Of a stretch of DNA of 64,000 nt, positions 46,665-61,717 are shown piece by piece. The translations under genes and the position numbers were made by a program. The notes below the pieces were generated by a model. It was not told the origin of the DNA. It saw only the letters and a program-made list of their open reading frames with translations, and searched no databases. The stretch's first letter is position 1. Every line of letters starts with the position of its first letter. The stretch comes from Eledone cirrhosa (Eukaryota): assembly GCA_964016885.1 (NCBI GenBank), contig OZ024746.1, positions 66,030,001 through 66,094,000 on the forward strand. Direction: 5' to 3'.

Positions 46665-46772
46665 CTTCTATATTAAAACTGTTATACTCTGCCATGTATT
46701 GAGTACCTTACTTACTGTGGTTACCTCCGATTCAACCCGGAATAACGTATATATATATATATATATATATAT

Positions 46773-47010
46773 AGCGGTTATGAATTAGTTTTGCGAGGTT
46801 TTTTATATGAAATCGTGTGTCGAAACAAATATTGTTATATTTGGGGAGGGTCATATTTGTGTAATATTGCCAGAATTAATAACAGAACACACTCACTGTT
46901 TGGTTGGTTTTCGCTTCTCGCTTCTGTGTCTTTTATATCGGTAATCTAATATACTCGATCCTCAATGTTGCCATTGACTGACCGGCGGTCAAAAATAATA
47001 CAGATACAAT
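46773..47010. repeat. Dispersed (TA)n-adjacent repeat family
   Basis: Related pieces at about 705-800, 31253-31310 and 31540-31720. Confidence 0.7.
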
Positions 47011-47080
47011 ATAGACACAAACACATATATATAGTTTATCATAAATCTTTCGTTGCACATCTGCAACATCGTCAGTGGTG

Positions 47081-47118
<38 letters not shown>

Positions 47119-47964
47119 AGGACGATAGAGCGAGAGAAAATTAGAGGAAGGTGTGTATATATATATATATATATATACATGTATACATATGTGTGGGTGA
47201 TTTTGTGTGATGTATGACGGTATGTGTGTCTGTATGTGTGGTGGACCACCATTTGTGTCGAGGAACATCGTGTTTGAGAAATATATATTCCTTTATAAGC
47301 CACTCGTCCATTGCTCTAAGACTTTCAACGAGTTCATACATGATATATTGGCGAGTGTTGTTCGATCAGCATGTGACAACAAGGTATGCAGGTACTATTG
47401 CATCCATAATCAGAAAATTCCCGTAGGAAACTGTGGACACTGGGACAAAGTGGAGATTGCTCAGGTCAGCAAGTTCTGCTTTAGCTTTTAAATGCTGCAG
47501 GAGAAAGAGACTTGGCTTGGTGCCGGATCAGAAGAGCCTTTACTGAGTTACCCCAGATGCAGCTGGGAGAGGTGATTAATATATAGTGATGTGAGGTAAC
47601 AAGTATATTTAAAGAACTCAAATGTGGCATGTTCACTGGGGAAGATGAAAACCGACCCGAGATGTTAAAAGCCTTAAATAAAGAAGGTTACAGACGTTTA
47701 CAGATTTATTCATATCTAATGATTAGTGAGTGCAGGCTGAAATAAATTCCATGATAGTTTAAATCACATTGATCATGAATTAATATGTCATTACCTGTTC
47801 CTTGGAACCAATATCATGTATTATATTAGAATATTTAAGTTGGGTCAGTGAAAACATATCGAGTGGTCATTTTGTGCACAATATGTCGCAATCACGTACC
47901 TTTGATTGACCAAATACGCAAACATACACTAATCACACACACATACAAACACACACATATATAT

Positions 47965-48016
<52 letters not shown>

Positions 48017-48024
48017 ACATACAT

Positions 48025-48061
<37 letters not shown>

Positions 48062-48079
48062 CTTACATACATACATACA

Positions 48080-48135
<56 letters not shown>

Positions 48136-48150
48136 CATACATACATACAT

Positions 48151-48214
<64 letters not shown>

Positions 48215-48319
48215 GTATACATATATATATATATATATGTGTGTGGGTGTATGTATGTATGTATATAATTATATATATATATATATATATATGTATGTGG
48301 GTGTATGTATGTATGTATA

Positions 48320-48370
<51 letters not shown>

Positions 48371-48405
48371 GTGTGTGTATGTATGTATGTACACATTTAT
48401 ATATA

Positions 48406-48482
<77 letters not shown>

Positions 48483-48774
48483 CTTTGTATTTACAGTTAC
48501 GTGATTGGGGCTTCTCAGTTTAAACTTATAAGCATTCGTTATGTACATATTGACGCAATTTATATATTCTAATCTTATACATGTTGTAACATCGGAGATT
48601 TTCCAATGCTAATACAATTTAAATTGTGAACGTTTGAATGATATTACATTTACACTTTACATGTTTGAATGATATAAGTACAATATCATGTTAACCACAT
48701 ACCTTAATGTGCATACATATATATATATACATACGTAACCCCGCCCGTCCCTTCAATCCATATTATGTCTCCTT

Positions 48775-48810
48775 TCTTCTGATTAAGAACTAGCGTCCGA
48801 AACGTTAAGA
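48775..48810 (+). ncRNA. Minimal hammerhead remnant
   Basis: tctt-CTGATTA-agaactagcgtcc-GAAACGTT-aaga, with G8 mutated. Confidence 0.55.
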
Positions 48811-48901
48811 CCCTCTTCCTGCCATTTCAAGCGTTAATCTAATATATTCCTTTTATATACTGTACCAATTGTGTTGTTACTTCTGTTTACTTTTCACGTA
48901 C

Positions 48902-48948
<47 letters not shown>

Positions 48949-48952
48949 CAAA

Positions 48953-49143
48953 TAATTGTTTTTACATTTGGCACAAGGCCAGTAATTACCCAGTACATTA
49001 CTGGTACTTTATTTTATCGACCCTGTAAGGATGAAAGGTAAAGTTAACCTCGGCGGGATTTGAACTCAGATCGTAAAGGGACGTAACTATGCTGGAAAGC
49101 ATGGCGTCCGACCCTCTACCTATACTGCCAATCCACCGCCCTT
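48953..49143 (-). mobile_element. SINE, same family
   Basis: Family match. Confidence 0.9.
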
Positions 49144-49155
49144 ATGTACAAATAC

Positions 49156-49372
49156 TTGTTTCTTATATAGGCACAAGGCCAGCAATTTTGGGGGAGGAGC
49201 ATGTCGATTAAATCGACCCCAGTGCGTGACTGGTACTTTATTTTATCGACCCCCTAAGTATGAAAGGCAAAGTTAACCTTGGCGGGATTTGAACTCAGAT
49301 CATAAAGGACCGTAACTCTATGCTGGAAAGTATGGCGTTCGACTCTCTACTATACTGCCAATCCACCGACCT
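49156..49372 (-). mobile_element. SINE, long subfamily (extra ggggtcgatttaatcgac segment)
   Basis: Family match with about 30 extra bases in the 3' part. Confidence 0.88.
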
Positions 49373-50539
49373 CGTGTACAAATAATAATAATAGTAATAA
49401 TAAATACGAAGATTAATAAATACATATGTGTGTGTGTGTGTGTGTTTCTGTCTGCCTTAGGTTGCACTCGTGTCATAAATGCTATTTATACTTCACTCCT
49501 TGACTTTTCTCGTTGAAGCAAATTACTGTTCATGTACAGATCGTTTGATCTAGTCATGAACATAAAATTTCGGTATGATAATCGGCTGTCTTAGACTTCA
49601 ATGTGACAGCCTATCAACTCGCGTTTTAGTGGCTAAAGATATTATCTTAAATAATGATGTGATAGGGAATGAGAGACAGTGCTGTTAGTTTACAACGACA
49701 AATCATCTCTAAGTATTTCTTTGATAATTTTTTTGACAGAACCTAATAGGGATAATCAGTAATATGCGCGCTGGGCATATGTCATATACGTGATTCCATC
49801 TGTATTGCAGACTCGGCTGTAAGCTGTAAACGGTGGTCTCAAACTATACACACACACATGCACGTGCGTATATATGCTATATATATATATATTTCTTTAT
49901 ACATTTATATTCTCATCTGCTCTCAAAACGATTAAAGCTTAACTGAAGGGCAGAACATATGTAGAACAATCACTCACATACACACTCACACACACATATA
50001 TATGTATTATATGTATATATACATATATAAATCCTCATCTTATGAAAGCATGTATATATGTTTGTGCGATTTGTTCTATATATGTGCGATTAGTGATGCG
50101 ATCGAGTAGTGGATGATACGTTTCAAGTACAGGGCCCTTCGTTTCCACACTGTTCCCTGCTCAATCCCTATTATAGGATAACTGATGGGTATGTTAAACC
50201 ATTTAATCGTTAGATCTGACTAGATAATATGGATTTACACCACTGGAATATATTATCTTTCTCTAACATTCAATTATATGCTCCTCCCTTCATAGATAAA
50301 ATAATTACATTTACGCAAATGTGATTGCAACTTAATCAAAATGATTCGAATAATGTTCAGTAACATTTTAAGTAGCACCATACCCATACCTTAATGATAG
50401 CGCATTATTTTCAGTGTTAGTAATCAAACGTAAAATGAACATAAAGGTTAAATGTATAAACCCGTTTTTATATTGTGTTCATAATCAAATGTGCTTTAGC
50501 ATGGCCTTTGATATCTCTGACTATATTATCGTTTATAGA

Positions 50540-50723
50540 TAATTGTTTCTACTTTTGACACAAGGCCAACAATTGTCCCAATACATTACTGGTGCTTTAT
50601 TTTATCGACCCTGTAAGGATGAAGGTCAAAGTTAACCCCAGCGGGATTTGAACTCAGAATGCAAAGGGCGATAACTCTATGCTGCAAAGCTAGGTGTCTG
50701 ACGCTCTACCGATACTGCCAATC
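50540..50723 (-). mobile_element. SINE, same family
   Basis: Family match; TSD gtttatagataat. Confidence 0.88.
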
Positions 50724-52385
50724 AGTTTATAGATAATGCTGTACAGATACCTTTCCCAACTTTGGAGTGGGGTATCAATGTATGCCTGTTTCATTTATCC
50801 CGATAAACACTTTTAATAATTCAATATTAAGATAAACACTTCAGAGAAATTAACATTTGTTTAAACTCAACTATGTCAATAACAACCTTGTAATGTGAAC
50901 AAATTATCTAAATATCTAGGAAAATACAATTATAAATAGTACATAAGGAAATCGTTAAATTTCATGAAGATTCTTGAAAAATAATGTATTGCAACTAGCC
51001 TGTTTATAATTGTTTGTATATCTTAATTTAGTTATCATTTCAACTCCTTAATACGAAGTTCAGATCTCGTTGAGTAGATTATATATTATTATTTTTACAA
51101 TATAAATAATTTCACTTGCTGGCATAACATATGTCTATTCTCATAACAATACAGATTGCTTCATTTTGTCATGTTTGAAGTCCTTTTGGAACTGCTGTTG
51201 GCGGAAAAGTGTCTACTACATTTAGAGAAGGTATTTTACATGCAAACTAACTTCCGTTATAAGGCCTGGAGATTATGTACTAATTCTGAATACAATGTTT
51301 AACTGATAGAGGCGAGTATCTAAAAATATTTATAGCTACCATTTATGAGAGAACATGTAAAACAAGGATTTACTTGGGATCGGACTTGTAATTGCAAAAT
51401 GAAATACAGAGTTCATACGTTACATTTAAAGCTGCCAGGCAAGGAGATGTACACTTCCAGAAATCGTTCATAACTAAGTCCGAAAGATTCTAGTAATACA
51501 TAGTAGCAAGGAACGAAGTAGTGCTAATATATCAAATAAATCTAATTGGATTTCCTGAAGCTAAGAATTCTAAGCAACAAATAAATCAAATTGGATCAAA
51601 TCCTATAAATTATAGGCGTAGAATATCTGATAAGCCCATAGTCTTAAGTCTGTATTCTCACAGTCACATTTTAAAGAAGAATTGTTAATGTGATATTGCA
51701 TAATGTGATGTGGAATTAAGAACATGTACATTTAAAATGTGACAATGGATTTGGTTGTTAACATCACTGCATAAATCATAAATTAAAAAACAGTTTTTTA
51801 TTTGATACCTGTCGGGATCTTGATATTGAAGGAATTTTAATACACAAAGAAAACATATTTTGAATTAATATATTGTCCTTTACGATGAAAGGCCTTATAT
51901 TCATATTAATAAATACATATGAAATATGCTGCCCCTACTCATAAATTTAAAAAAAAATCTTATATATAAGATATGCAAAAACAAAAGAAGTTTAAATAAC
52001 TATATCTAAAATGAGTCATATACCAACACGGAAAGATTTCCCTATGATTTTACATATCAACAATGTCAAGTAGAATGTAAATAGAATGACAGGTCGTTAC
52101 AACATGTTTCCAACACATTAAGTGTAAGACCATTTGATTTTCATGCGCAAATAATGTAGTTTTCGTTTATACGTTTTATACCGATGATTGGAGTGTTTAC
52201 TAAATATAACTGTTCCATCTGATATATGTAGAATGGTTATGATATTATAGATAGTATACCTTTAAATTAAAGTAAAATGTAACTATACATATAGCGGGCG
52301 CAATCATTTGTACAATCTTATGTCAATGAAGAAAGCACCAATATTAATTAGCATTATAATCCATATATATTAGCATTATAATCCA

Positions 52386-52572
52386 AGGCGGTGGATTGGC
52401 AGTATCGGTAGAGGGTCGGACGCCATGCTTTCCAGCATAGTTACGTCCCTTTACGATCTGAGTTCAAATCCCGCCGAGGTTGACTTTGCCTTTCATCCTT
52501 ACGGGGTCGATAAAATATAGTACCAGTAATGCACTGGGTAATTGCTGGCCTTGTGCCTAAAGTAGAACAAAT
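52386..52572 (+). mobile_element. SINE, same family
   Basis: Family match; TSD attataatcca. Confidence 0.92.
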
Positions 52573-53127
52573 TATAATCCATATTTAGAAAATACCTATA
52601 AGCATAATTAACTTACATATTTTATTACTTCTTGGATACCTTAATGTATGTTCAAGGAAGCAAAGATATAGAAACGACAACATCATGATACATATTCTAA
52701 GAGTATTTGCATTAATCACCATTGGTTAAATTCCATAGTGAATTAGTATAAGCCACTGAAGTTCTATTAGGGTCTTTCGAACGTCTATAATATATGAATG
52801 ATATTTTAACATGTAGATCGCGACCAAATCCCTACACATGAATAATTATGTATGTTAATATACCAAACATTTGATGTATATCAAAATAGAAAAGACCAAT
52901 ATGAGATTTGTTCAAAAGTGCAAGAAACATATTTATATCTAGTTCGTTCCGTTTGCTGGGAAATTTGGCTATGAAAAACAGGTATATAATGAATCATCAC
53001 ATTTAACATCCTGCGAAACTGATCACCTACTTAATACATTGATATTTATGCAAGCACAAAATAAATTAATCCTGATACACTAATTATAACCCATCAGCCA
53101 TCAAATGAAATCTTCCACATGAACATT

Positions 53128-53313
53128 GTGGATTGGCAGTATCGGCAGAGGGTCGGACACCATGCTTTGACGCATAGAATTACGGCCCTTGCCATTCTGA
53201 GTTCAAATCCCGCCGAAGTTAACTTTGCCTTTCATCCTTACGGGGTCGATAAAATAAAGTACCAGTAATGCACTGGGATAATTGCTGGCCTTGTGCCAAA
53301 AGTAGAAACAATT
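53128..53313 (+). mobile_element. SINE, same family
   Basis: Family match. Confidence 0.9.
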
Positions 53314-54843
53314 ATATTATGCAGGGGAATTTGATTTACAATTCCGCACTCATCCATCTGAATCTGGAACAAACTACAAGCAGACTTTCGAAACTGAATA
53401 TAATTTGTAAATACAATCTAAATATAAAAATATCGCATGCCCAGTTGTTCACCTTCCTTTTACCAAATGCCAAATTAGCCCCTTCATTCTTGTGGAAATA
53501 ATTAAAAAGAAATAAAAGCAAATGTCAAATGAGTGGCAATCATACAATCTGTAAGATTGTTAATAGATTTTCAAAGAATTGGCTTCAAACATGAATTCTA
53601 AACTTCTAACTGAACTCATATTTGCGAAAATTTACTTTAACGTTATGACGATTTCACAAATGGTTTAACTGCTTATTTTATCTTTGTGTTGACTCAATGG
53701 TTTGGATATCTGTCTGCAAAATCTAAGTGATCAATTCCGTATGCCCCACCATTTGCCATTTTTTTTCACACGGATAAAATGTATAGCCTTTACGTTAGAG
53801 ACAGAACAATCTCTTCCAAACCACCTTGGTATAACGTATTGAATAATGCAGGCTTACAAATAGTGAGGTAAAATAAGTACATTAGGATCCTGGCTTGAAA
53901 GAATTAGTACACACATCAGTGGCATTAGAGTTGGCCTGGATTTGGCCTAGGGCTAAACCCCAGTAATGATAACGAAGTATAAACCTAATTGTCTTGTAAC
54001 AGTAGATATTGTACAGCGGCATGCACGAAGACATTTGGGATTAAAGCATACAATTGTGGACACTTAGTTCATTTCATAACTAAGATGTGTGTTAATGCAA
54101 TGGGCTGGGGTAAATGGCTATACAAATACATATACTCCAATCTGACACTGAAGTCAGGAGATAAATATATTTCGTAAATGATCCAATAAAAATATTCATA
54201 TACTGAGTTGAGACGCCTACAAACGCATACAATGTACAAAAGAACCTGTAAGTAAACATCCTTCTACAAATAGTTACAATCAATTTTATTCCCAAACAAA
54301 AACAAGACGCAGCAAAATGTTATGTGTAACATATCTGAAGTAATGAACGTAGAAATAAATTAGGTTATCAGTTGCGATTATAAGGGTTACGACAATTGTA
54401 TATAAAATGTTTATAAAATCTATGTAAAGAGTATGATAATATTATTAGACACGCCTTTCTATATCATTCACTAATCTGTGTATTTGTGTAGGAGAAAGTA
54501 AATATTTATGCAGTTCTGCCTACAGTAGATATTTCATTTTGGCGCATATGCCAGATGCGTAAACAACTAACATATTACGTTTGAAGACAGTTATTGATCG
54601 AGTAGTCGCGTCAAAAGCATGAATCACTGAAGACGTACTTTTACTACATATTACTAAATATAACTGCCGCATTTTGGATCATTTGGCCAACTATGAATAT
54701 TGATAAAATATTATAATTTAATATTTTATTCATACAAGATAGCTACCATAATATATGAAAAAAGAAAATTACAAGCATAACGCAAACAAACCAAATGCTC
54801 ATATAATTACTAATATATACATAAATATGCACTAATATATTTA

Positions 54844-54906
<63 letters not shown>

Positions 54907-55084
54907 ATATATATATATATATACGGTTTTCATGAATATCCCGTATATTATTCAATATTCAATACAGTTTATATTTATACCGCCATATAGGAAGACCAAT
55001 ACACACACATACACACATAAATAAATATATCACATAAAAAAAAAATATATATTTTTCTTCCTAATAATCGTCTTTTTCTCCCTG

Positions 55085-55561
<477 letters not shown>

Positions 55562-55691
55562 ATGTGTGTGTGTGGGTGTGTGTGTGTGCGCGTGTGTGTG
55601 CGCGGGTGTGTAAGTGTGTGCGTGTATCTGTGTGTTTCTAAATTAAATTAGAATTTCGGTCTACCACAGAGGATTACATAAACGTAAATAC

Positions 55692-55732
<41 letters not shown>

Positions 55733-56009
55733 TAATAATGATTCCATGTATTGGCCACAAAGGCCGACATATAGGGGACAATACAAAAGACAGGGTAGTG
55801 GGGTTTTACAGAAAAATCGAGTAAACAATATGAATAACAATAACATAGTAACAATAACAAATTAACAATAAAGTAACAAGAAAATTACAACAAGAAAAAA
55901 TACCCCAATAGGGGGGATGACCACCTAGGGTTTGCTCAGGTACCCCACCAGTCCAGAACGCCCCGACGCTTCGAGAGAACCCTGGAAGGCCACCCCTCTC
56001 CTCCTCAAA

Positions 56010-59000
56010 TTTACCGCATGACCAGAGTAGGCCCACTTACACGGGCCATTCTCGCCACATTCACCCACCTTTCAGCAAATGTACTGGCGGGAAGCACTTC
56101 TCTCTCCACCCTCACCTTCCTTTCCAAGTGAAACTTGAAAAGTTTGATGAGGGATTGGCCGAAGAGAAAAGTGTCTATCATCAGTCCTTTCAACCTCGCC
56201 CACCATACAACCTCTTTCGCTACTGCCACCAGACAGGAAAATTGCCTGCCCTTCCTGGCCAAAAGAAGGCGGTGGGTCGATCTTCACTATGGACTCGGCC
56301 GATAGCCAGATCCGTTCTACACGTGACAACAGCTGTTCAACGTAACTCCACAAGTCAGTAATGCAGGGACACTGGACGAGTGCGTGCAGAACGGTTTCGT
56401 CGCTATGCGCGCATCTCAGGAGGTCCGTGTGACAGCGCTTCCGTGCCTGTAGAGTTTATCTCGAACCGGCAGTGCCCCCGGTAGCACTGCCAAGCGAGGG
56501 ATATTTTGAAATTATCCATCGTCCCCGACTCGAAAGCCCTCCGGTACAGACTGGTCAGTTCGACTTCTTTGACTCCCAGAGCCTCTCCGAGTGCGTCGTC
56601 GTACTTGCCCACCACTAATCCTCTATAGAACTCGAGAGTGGAAGTTACACTGACCGCATTCCTCGCCTGGTAGAGAGCAGAGAGTGCCTGGCAACATTCC
56701 AGATGCCAGTAACCCAGTCTCTATCTCTTCCTGACCCAGGACTGCAACTCAGTCAAAGAAACGAGCTGCGGAAAAGCCGGTCTGACAAACGGCGACGACA
56801 CCTGTTCACCGTTTAGGCAGAATATCTGGAGATGCCGCAGCCTCAGTGCGTGCCTGCGCAGCATTAGCCCAGCCCTCCACGTAGAGGGTGCTTGCAGAAG
56901 ATGGACGGCCTCACCAGCAGAACCTGACCCCTCCACAAGAATTTGAAGAGGAGCCGCTCCAAGGTGGCGAGGCGCGAACGGAGGCAAGGGACGACGGTCA
57001 GACGGTAGTAGATGACGGACGCGATGTACGCGTTCGCCACATCCGCCCGACCTTTCAGTAATAGCTTCATCCCAGCCCATTTCTGGGGGAGACTGGCTAC
57101 CCTGCTCGTCACCTCGTCCCAATTCTTATCCACCTGGAGGTCTGGCCCAAACCAAACCCCTAGCAACTTTACCGGTCCGTCCGTCCAGCGCCTAACGACG
57201 CTGTTGGACGGCATGGACTTGCCTCTCCTGGTGCCCAGTTGCAAGCCCACTGACTTTTCCGGGTTAAATTTTGCTCCAGTCAACCTTTCATATTCCTCCA
57301 ATAAGTTGCCGACCACCTCGATTTCTGAGGTGTCCGACAACAACACGGTGATGTCGTCCGCATAAGCCGACACAGCCTTTCCGCGTACCGGTTCGAGCGG
57401 GATGCCCTGCAACAGCTCCAGCTTCCGCAGTAAATGCTCGGGAGTCAATACGTACAGAAGGGAGGAGAGAGGGCACCCTTGACGGACCGATCGGAAGAAA
57501 GAAACGGTTCCGAGAGGTCGCCATTAATTTTGACGATCGAGCAGGTGCCGCTGTGCATTGCAGCGATCCAGCTTCTGAAGACGGGGCCGAAGCCAGCCGC
57601 CTTGAGGACAGCCTCCAGGTACCGATGGTCGACGCTATCGAATGCTTTCTATTGATCTAAATAGATTAGAGCCCCACCGAAGCCAGGTTTACACCCTACC
57701 CTCTCTATGATGTATCGCATTAGGTGGAGGTTGTCGTGTATGGACCTGGTTGGGATTGCGCAAGTTTGCGCCTCCCCAACCAAATCCCGACGACAAGCGC
57801 CAACCTCTTCGCTTACACCCTGGCCAAAATCTTAAACTCTGTGTTGAGCAGAGTTATGGGCCTGAAATTGTCTAATGTGTCCCTCTTGTTCTCGTCTTTT
57901 CTTATCAGCGTCACTACGCCCCGGCTCACAGAACTGGGAGTACTTCCGTTTTGCTGCCAATAGCAGTAGAGTGTTTCGAGAAGATTGGAGAAGAAGTCTG
58001 GCATATTTACGTAAAGCTCGTAGGGCAGACCACCCAAACCGGGTGACTTGCGCCTCATGCAGCTGACGTGGGCATCATGAATCTCGGCTGAAGTAATTGG
58101 CCTTTCGCAGCGCCCAGCGTCAGCCGTCGAGAGTTGCGGCAAGCCATCTAGGTAGGGACTGAAGTCCGCCACCAACTCTGACCCGTCACTCCCCCCGAAC
58201 AACCGAGCAAAATGTTGGTGAAAGGCCTCACACATCCTCTTGAAATCGTTCATCTCGTGCTCGTCTCGGTCCGTCAAAGACCGAATCATGGTTTTATTAC
58301 CACGCTGCGCCTCTGCTACGCGGGCCCATCGAACAGCTTTGGTTCCCTTGTTTCTCAGAGCACGCGCCTTAGCTATGACAATGCAACCTTCGTGTTTCGC
58401 ATTGAATAAATGGTCTAATGCGATTCTCGCCGCTAGCACGTCAGTTGCAATGCCACTACCAATAGCCTCGTCCAACTTATCTACCAACTCCCCCTCCATT
58501 CTATTTTCCTCTAACGCTACTTCTTCGCTAAACTCTATCGACATTATTCTAATCTCTCTTTTGAGAGCCCCCCACCATCTATTGTTGACGACTCCCCTTG
58601 TCAAATTTTTCATAACTAAATTGTTGACCTGGTCCCTGTAAGCCTTACGTGCAGGAAATGAGATGTTTAGCTTCCAGTAAACAGGCCCTAACCTACGCGT
58701 CTTATCTAGGTCAACCATACAGATCACAAACTTGTGATCTGAATAGGCGAACGTTTCAAAACGTGGACAGCTTACACTATTTCTGTCTATTTCCTAATGA
58801 ATATCCTGTCTATATACGATATAGATGACCCTATGCGGTTAGCCCAGGTCCACACTGGCGCATAAGGGAAATCTAGTCGGTACATGTCAGGCAGTTGGAA
58901 CTGGCTGATCAGGTTCTTGAGGCTTTTGCACCCCCCGCTCCTATCGGATACACCTACAGAGTCCCAGCGTGCGTCTAAAATGCCGTTCCAGTCCCTCGCT

Positions 59001-59413
59001 AACAGTAAAGGGCGAGACGTACCCAGATAAGCTTCCGGGCGTCTAAAGAAGTCCGGCCGTCCTGCCCCAGTAGGAGCATAGAGGGCCACCAGTCTAAAGG
59101 CACCACCTTCGTTATTGTTCACGTCCAGGACCACCAACTTCCCGTCCGGGTCCCGGAAGATTGACCTTACCTCGAGATCCAGGCCTTTCCTAAACAGCAC
59201 TGCCACCCCGCCTCCCATTCCCGGCCGGCTAACAGATGCAAAGATCTGATAGTCGTCGAAAATGGGGGCTAGTGCGCGCGTGTCGGAAATCCTCGGCTCG
59301 CTGACGGCAATTACATCCATTTCTATAGACCTGAGGTCGTTGAGCAGGTGACCCTGCTTCCATGACGATCCCAGACCTCGAACATTTAAACATCCTACTC
59401 TTAATACGGCCAT
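56010..59413 (-). pseudogene. LINE ORF2 (APE endonuclease, RT, C-terminal zinc finger), frameshifted
   Basis: CLNVRGL, LYAP, DWN, YIDRI, YWKLN, KSPGLGGLPYE, FRPITLLNTEFKIL, SAYADD, GGLG. Confidence 0.92.
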
Positions 59414-59422
59414 GTTGGCAGG

Positions 59423-61356
59423 TTAAACAGAGAGAGAGGAAGGTTTACTTACCTTCCGGGCTCTTGTGAAGGTCGGGTTGTTCGACCTCCATATTTGGTG
59501 GGGTTTCTTTTGGGAACCCCTTAAAAGTCTTGAAGTGGGTTTTACGTTCGGGGTTCCCACGTCCCGAGGAAAGCTGTCTCGTATTTCTTTGAATATATCG
59601 AGCGACATTCGCACCAGAACCAAATCTTCCGGCACGCGAAATGTGCTCGATTTAAAAATGTCCCCCTCTTTTTGTATATTTTCACTTCGTGCTACGAGGG
59701 CCATCAGTTCCTTGTTGGCCGTCCTCACGAGCACGAAGTTTTGTATGTTTTGTTGGTGTGATTTTATATGTTTGCGTGGCTACGGTGGTGATGATTTTGG
59801 TGGTGTTGTTTCGGTTGTATCTGTGTTTGTTGTGAGTGCGGTGTCTGTGGTTTCAGATGTTTGTGTGTATATGTGTTCTTGCGTCTGTTTAGTTTGTTTG
59901 CGTTCTGGTGATGGTGATGGTGGTGTTGGTGTTATTGGAGAGATGTTTGCGTGGTGGTGTCTGCGGTTTTGTGTGGGTGATTTTGTGCTTTGTTGAGTCT
60001 TTTTTTTCTTTTTGTGTTTCCTTTTTTGTATTTTGGTTTTCCCTCATTTTTACTACTGGTAGATGAGGGGTCTGTGTCTGTAAGTGTGTCTGTATGTATG
60101 TTTAGGGTTTTATTGGTGTGTGTATTTGTTTTGGGGGGAGGGGGAATTTGACAGATTTACCCCCCCCCCCCCCTGGGTGGTCAATGTTGGTTGTGGTCTT
60201 TCTATTGGTGTTGTTGGTGGATTTGCCGGTGCCGGTGTTGGTTGTGGTCTTCGCCCCGGCGTCGACAGCAGTGGAGCCTTTCGACCCCTTGCCTCTTTCA
60301 GCAGTTGAGGGCAGAAGGCTCGCAAATGGGTTTTTTCCCGACAAACAAAACACTGCGGCCTTTTGTCTTAGGTCATAATGTGAATGACCGTCCCATTCTG
60401 AATGCGGATTTAGTCCGGGATTGTCTTCACATTCTGGGACCTGATCTGGAGAAGGATCTCCAGGTCAAACCCGGACCAGTCCTCTCTGGCCGTTCTGGTC
60501 ACTTCTATAGGGACGGTATCCGTCCCCTCCACAATCATACATCCCAGAAGCCTCCACATGTCAAGTCCTGGTGTGATTCTGGGAATGCGGAGACGGGCCG
60601 TTCTTTTTCCCATGTGGGAGGGGTACATTATGACCTTGCTGGTTTTGCAAGGAGTCATAGCGTGTTTCATAGCGAGGGCTTATGACTTGAACAACACCGA
60701 AATGGTGCCGTACAGTCTGCCCCTCTTTATGTATTCGGTGTCTCCTCTGATGCACCTCGGCGCGACTTCGACATCTTCTTGTGGGATTAAAGCTGCCCTT
60801 TTGGTTTGTGCTGAGATGCATCTATAGTGCACCGTTCTGCGCTTTACTGCCTCAATACCTTCTACCAGGACAGTTAGTTGGCCCAGGTTTGCTCTTGCTT
60901 GATGCGCTTCCATGCCTGGGCCAACATCTTTGTTTGAGAGGTCCATGTTGAAGCATGGCCTATTTTTTGCTGCTCCCGCATCGAAAGTGTTCTTCTTGTT
61001 TTCGTTGGGGGTGTTGTTGTCGTTATTCTTGTTATCACCGTTGTTCTCGGTGCAGTTGGTATTGTTGCTGTTGGTGTTGTCGCTATTTGTTTTCATGTTA
61101 GTGGTGTTGATATTGTTGTATTTGTTATTTTTTTTTTGTTATCTGTATTTTCGTTGTCGCTGTTACTGTCATTTTTATTCAAAATTAGTGTTCTCATTGG
61201 TATCATTGGTGTCTTTGTTTACATTGTTTGTGGTTTTTTTTCGGTTATCAATTTGTGTTAATTTCGCTGTAGCGCTCCTCTCAACTTCCACGTCGTTGTC
61301 GCACGATAGCAGACATCTCGCTGGGGGGGGGGGGGGGGGGGGCGTGGCTCAGCCAT
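59423..61356 (-). pseudogene. LINE ORF1 (gag-like, CCHC zinc knuckle), disrupted
   Basis: CFVCREKTHLRAFC at about 60310-60352, Asn-rich and Thr-rich low-complexity tracts, probable ATG at 61356. Confidence 0.75.
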
Positions 61357-61677
61357 GTTTTTTTTTTTCTCCGTAAATGTTTTAACATGTAAAAAAATTC
61401 AAATATTTGGGCCAAAAGGCCCAAATATTATACTTTCCCCTCCACAGGGCAAAGTCTAAGGGCTTATATCCCTTACGCAACAAGAAATATTTAACAACAA
61501 ATAATTTTAACAGGCAAATAAAGCGACTTAGTGGGAGCGAGCAAAATATGTCCGCTTAGACCAACAATAATAATAATAATAATGACTTTTGACTGGTTTG
61601 CAAACAAACTGCCACCTTCCAGTCAAATTTTGTTTGAGGACTATTGTCATCCGTCTTTCAACAGTTGCATCGACGAA

Positions 61678-61717
61678 CAGCCAACATGTTTCTGGGTTAT
61701 TTCCCTTCATCCTGACT
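61678..61717 (-). ncRNA. Minimal hammerhead remnant (core mutated)
   Basis: gagtc-AGGATGA-a-ggg...ccc-a-GAAA-CATG-TT-ggctg, homologous to 29556-29596. Confidence 0.5.

Larger units (their letters stand above)
55740..61565 (-). mobile_element. Near full-length, decayed L1/Tx1-type LINE
   Basis: ORF1 with a CCHC knuckle and ORF2 with APE, RT and zinc finger. (AAT)n at both ends. The 5' boundary is inferred. Confidence 0.9.

Noticed and set aside
47235-47800. Coding-looking island
   Set aside because: All frames are interrupted and no motif was recognised. It is probably an old TE and cannot be classified without a search.
51150-51900. Possible CR1/L2 LINE remnant (YRR motif)
   Set aside because: Too degenerate to support by eye.
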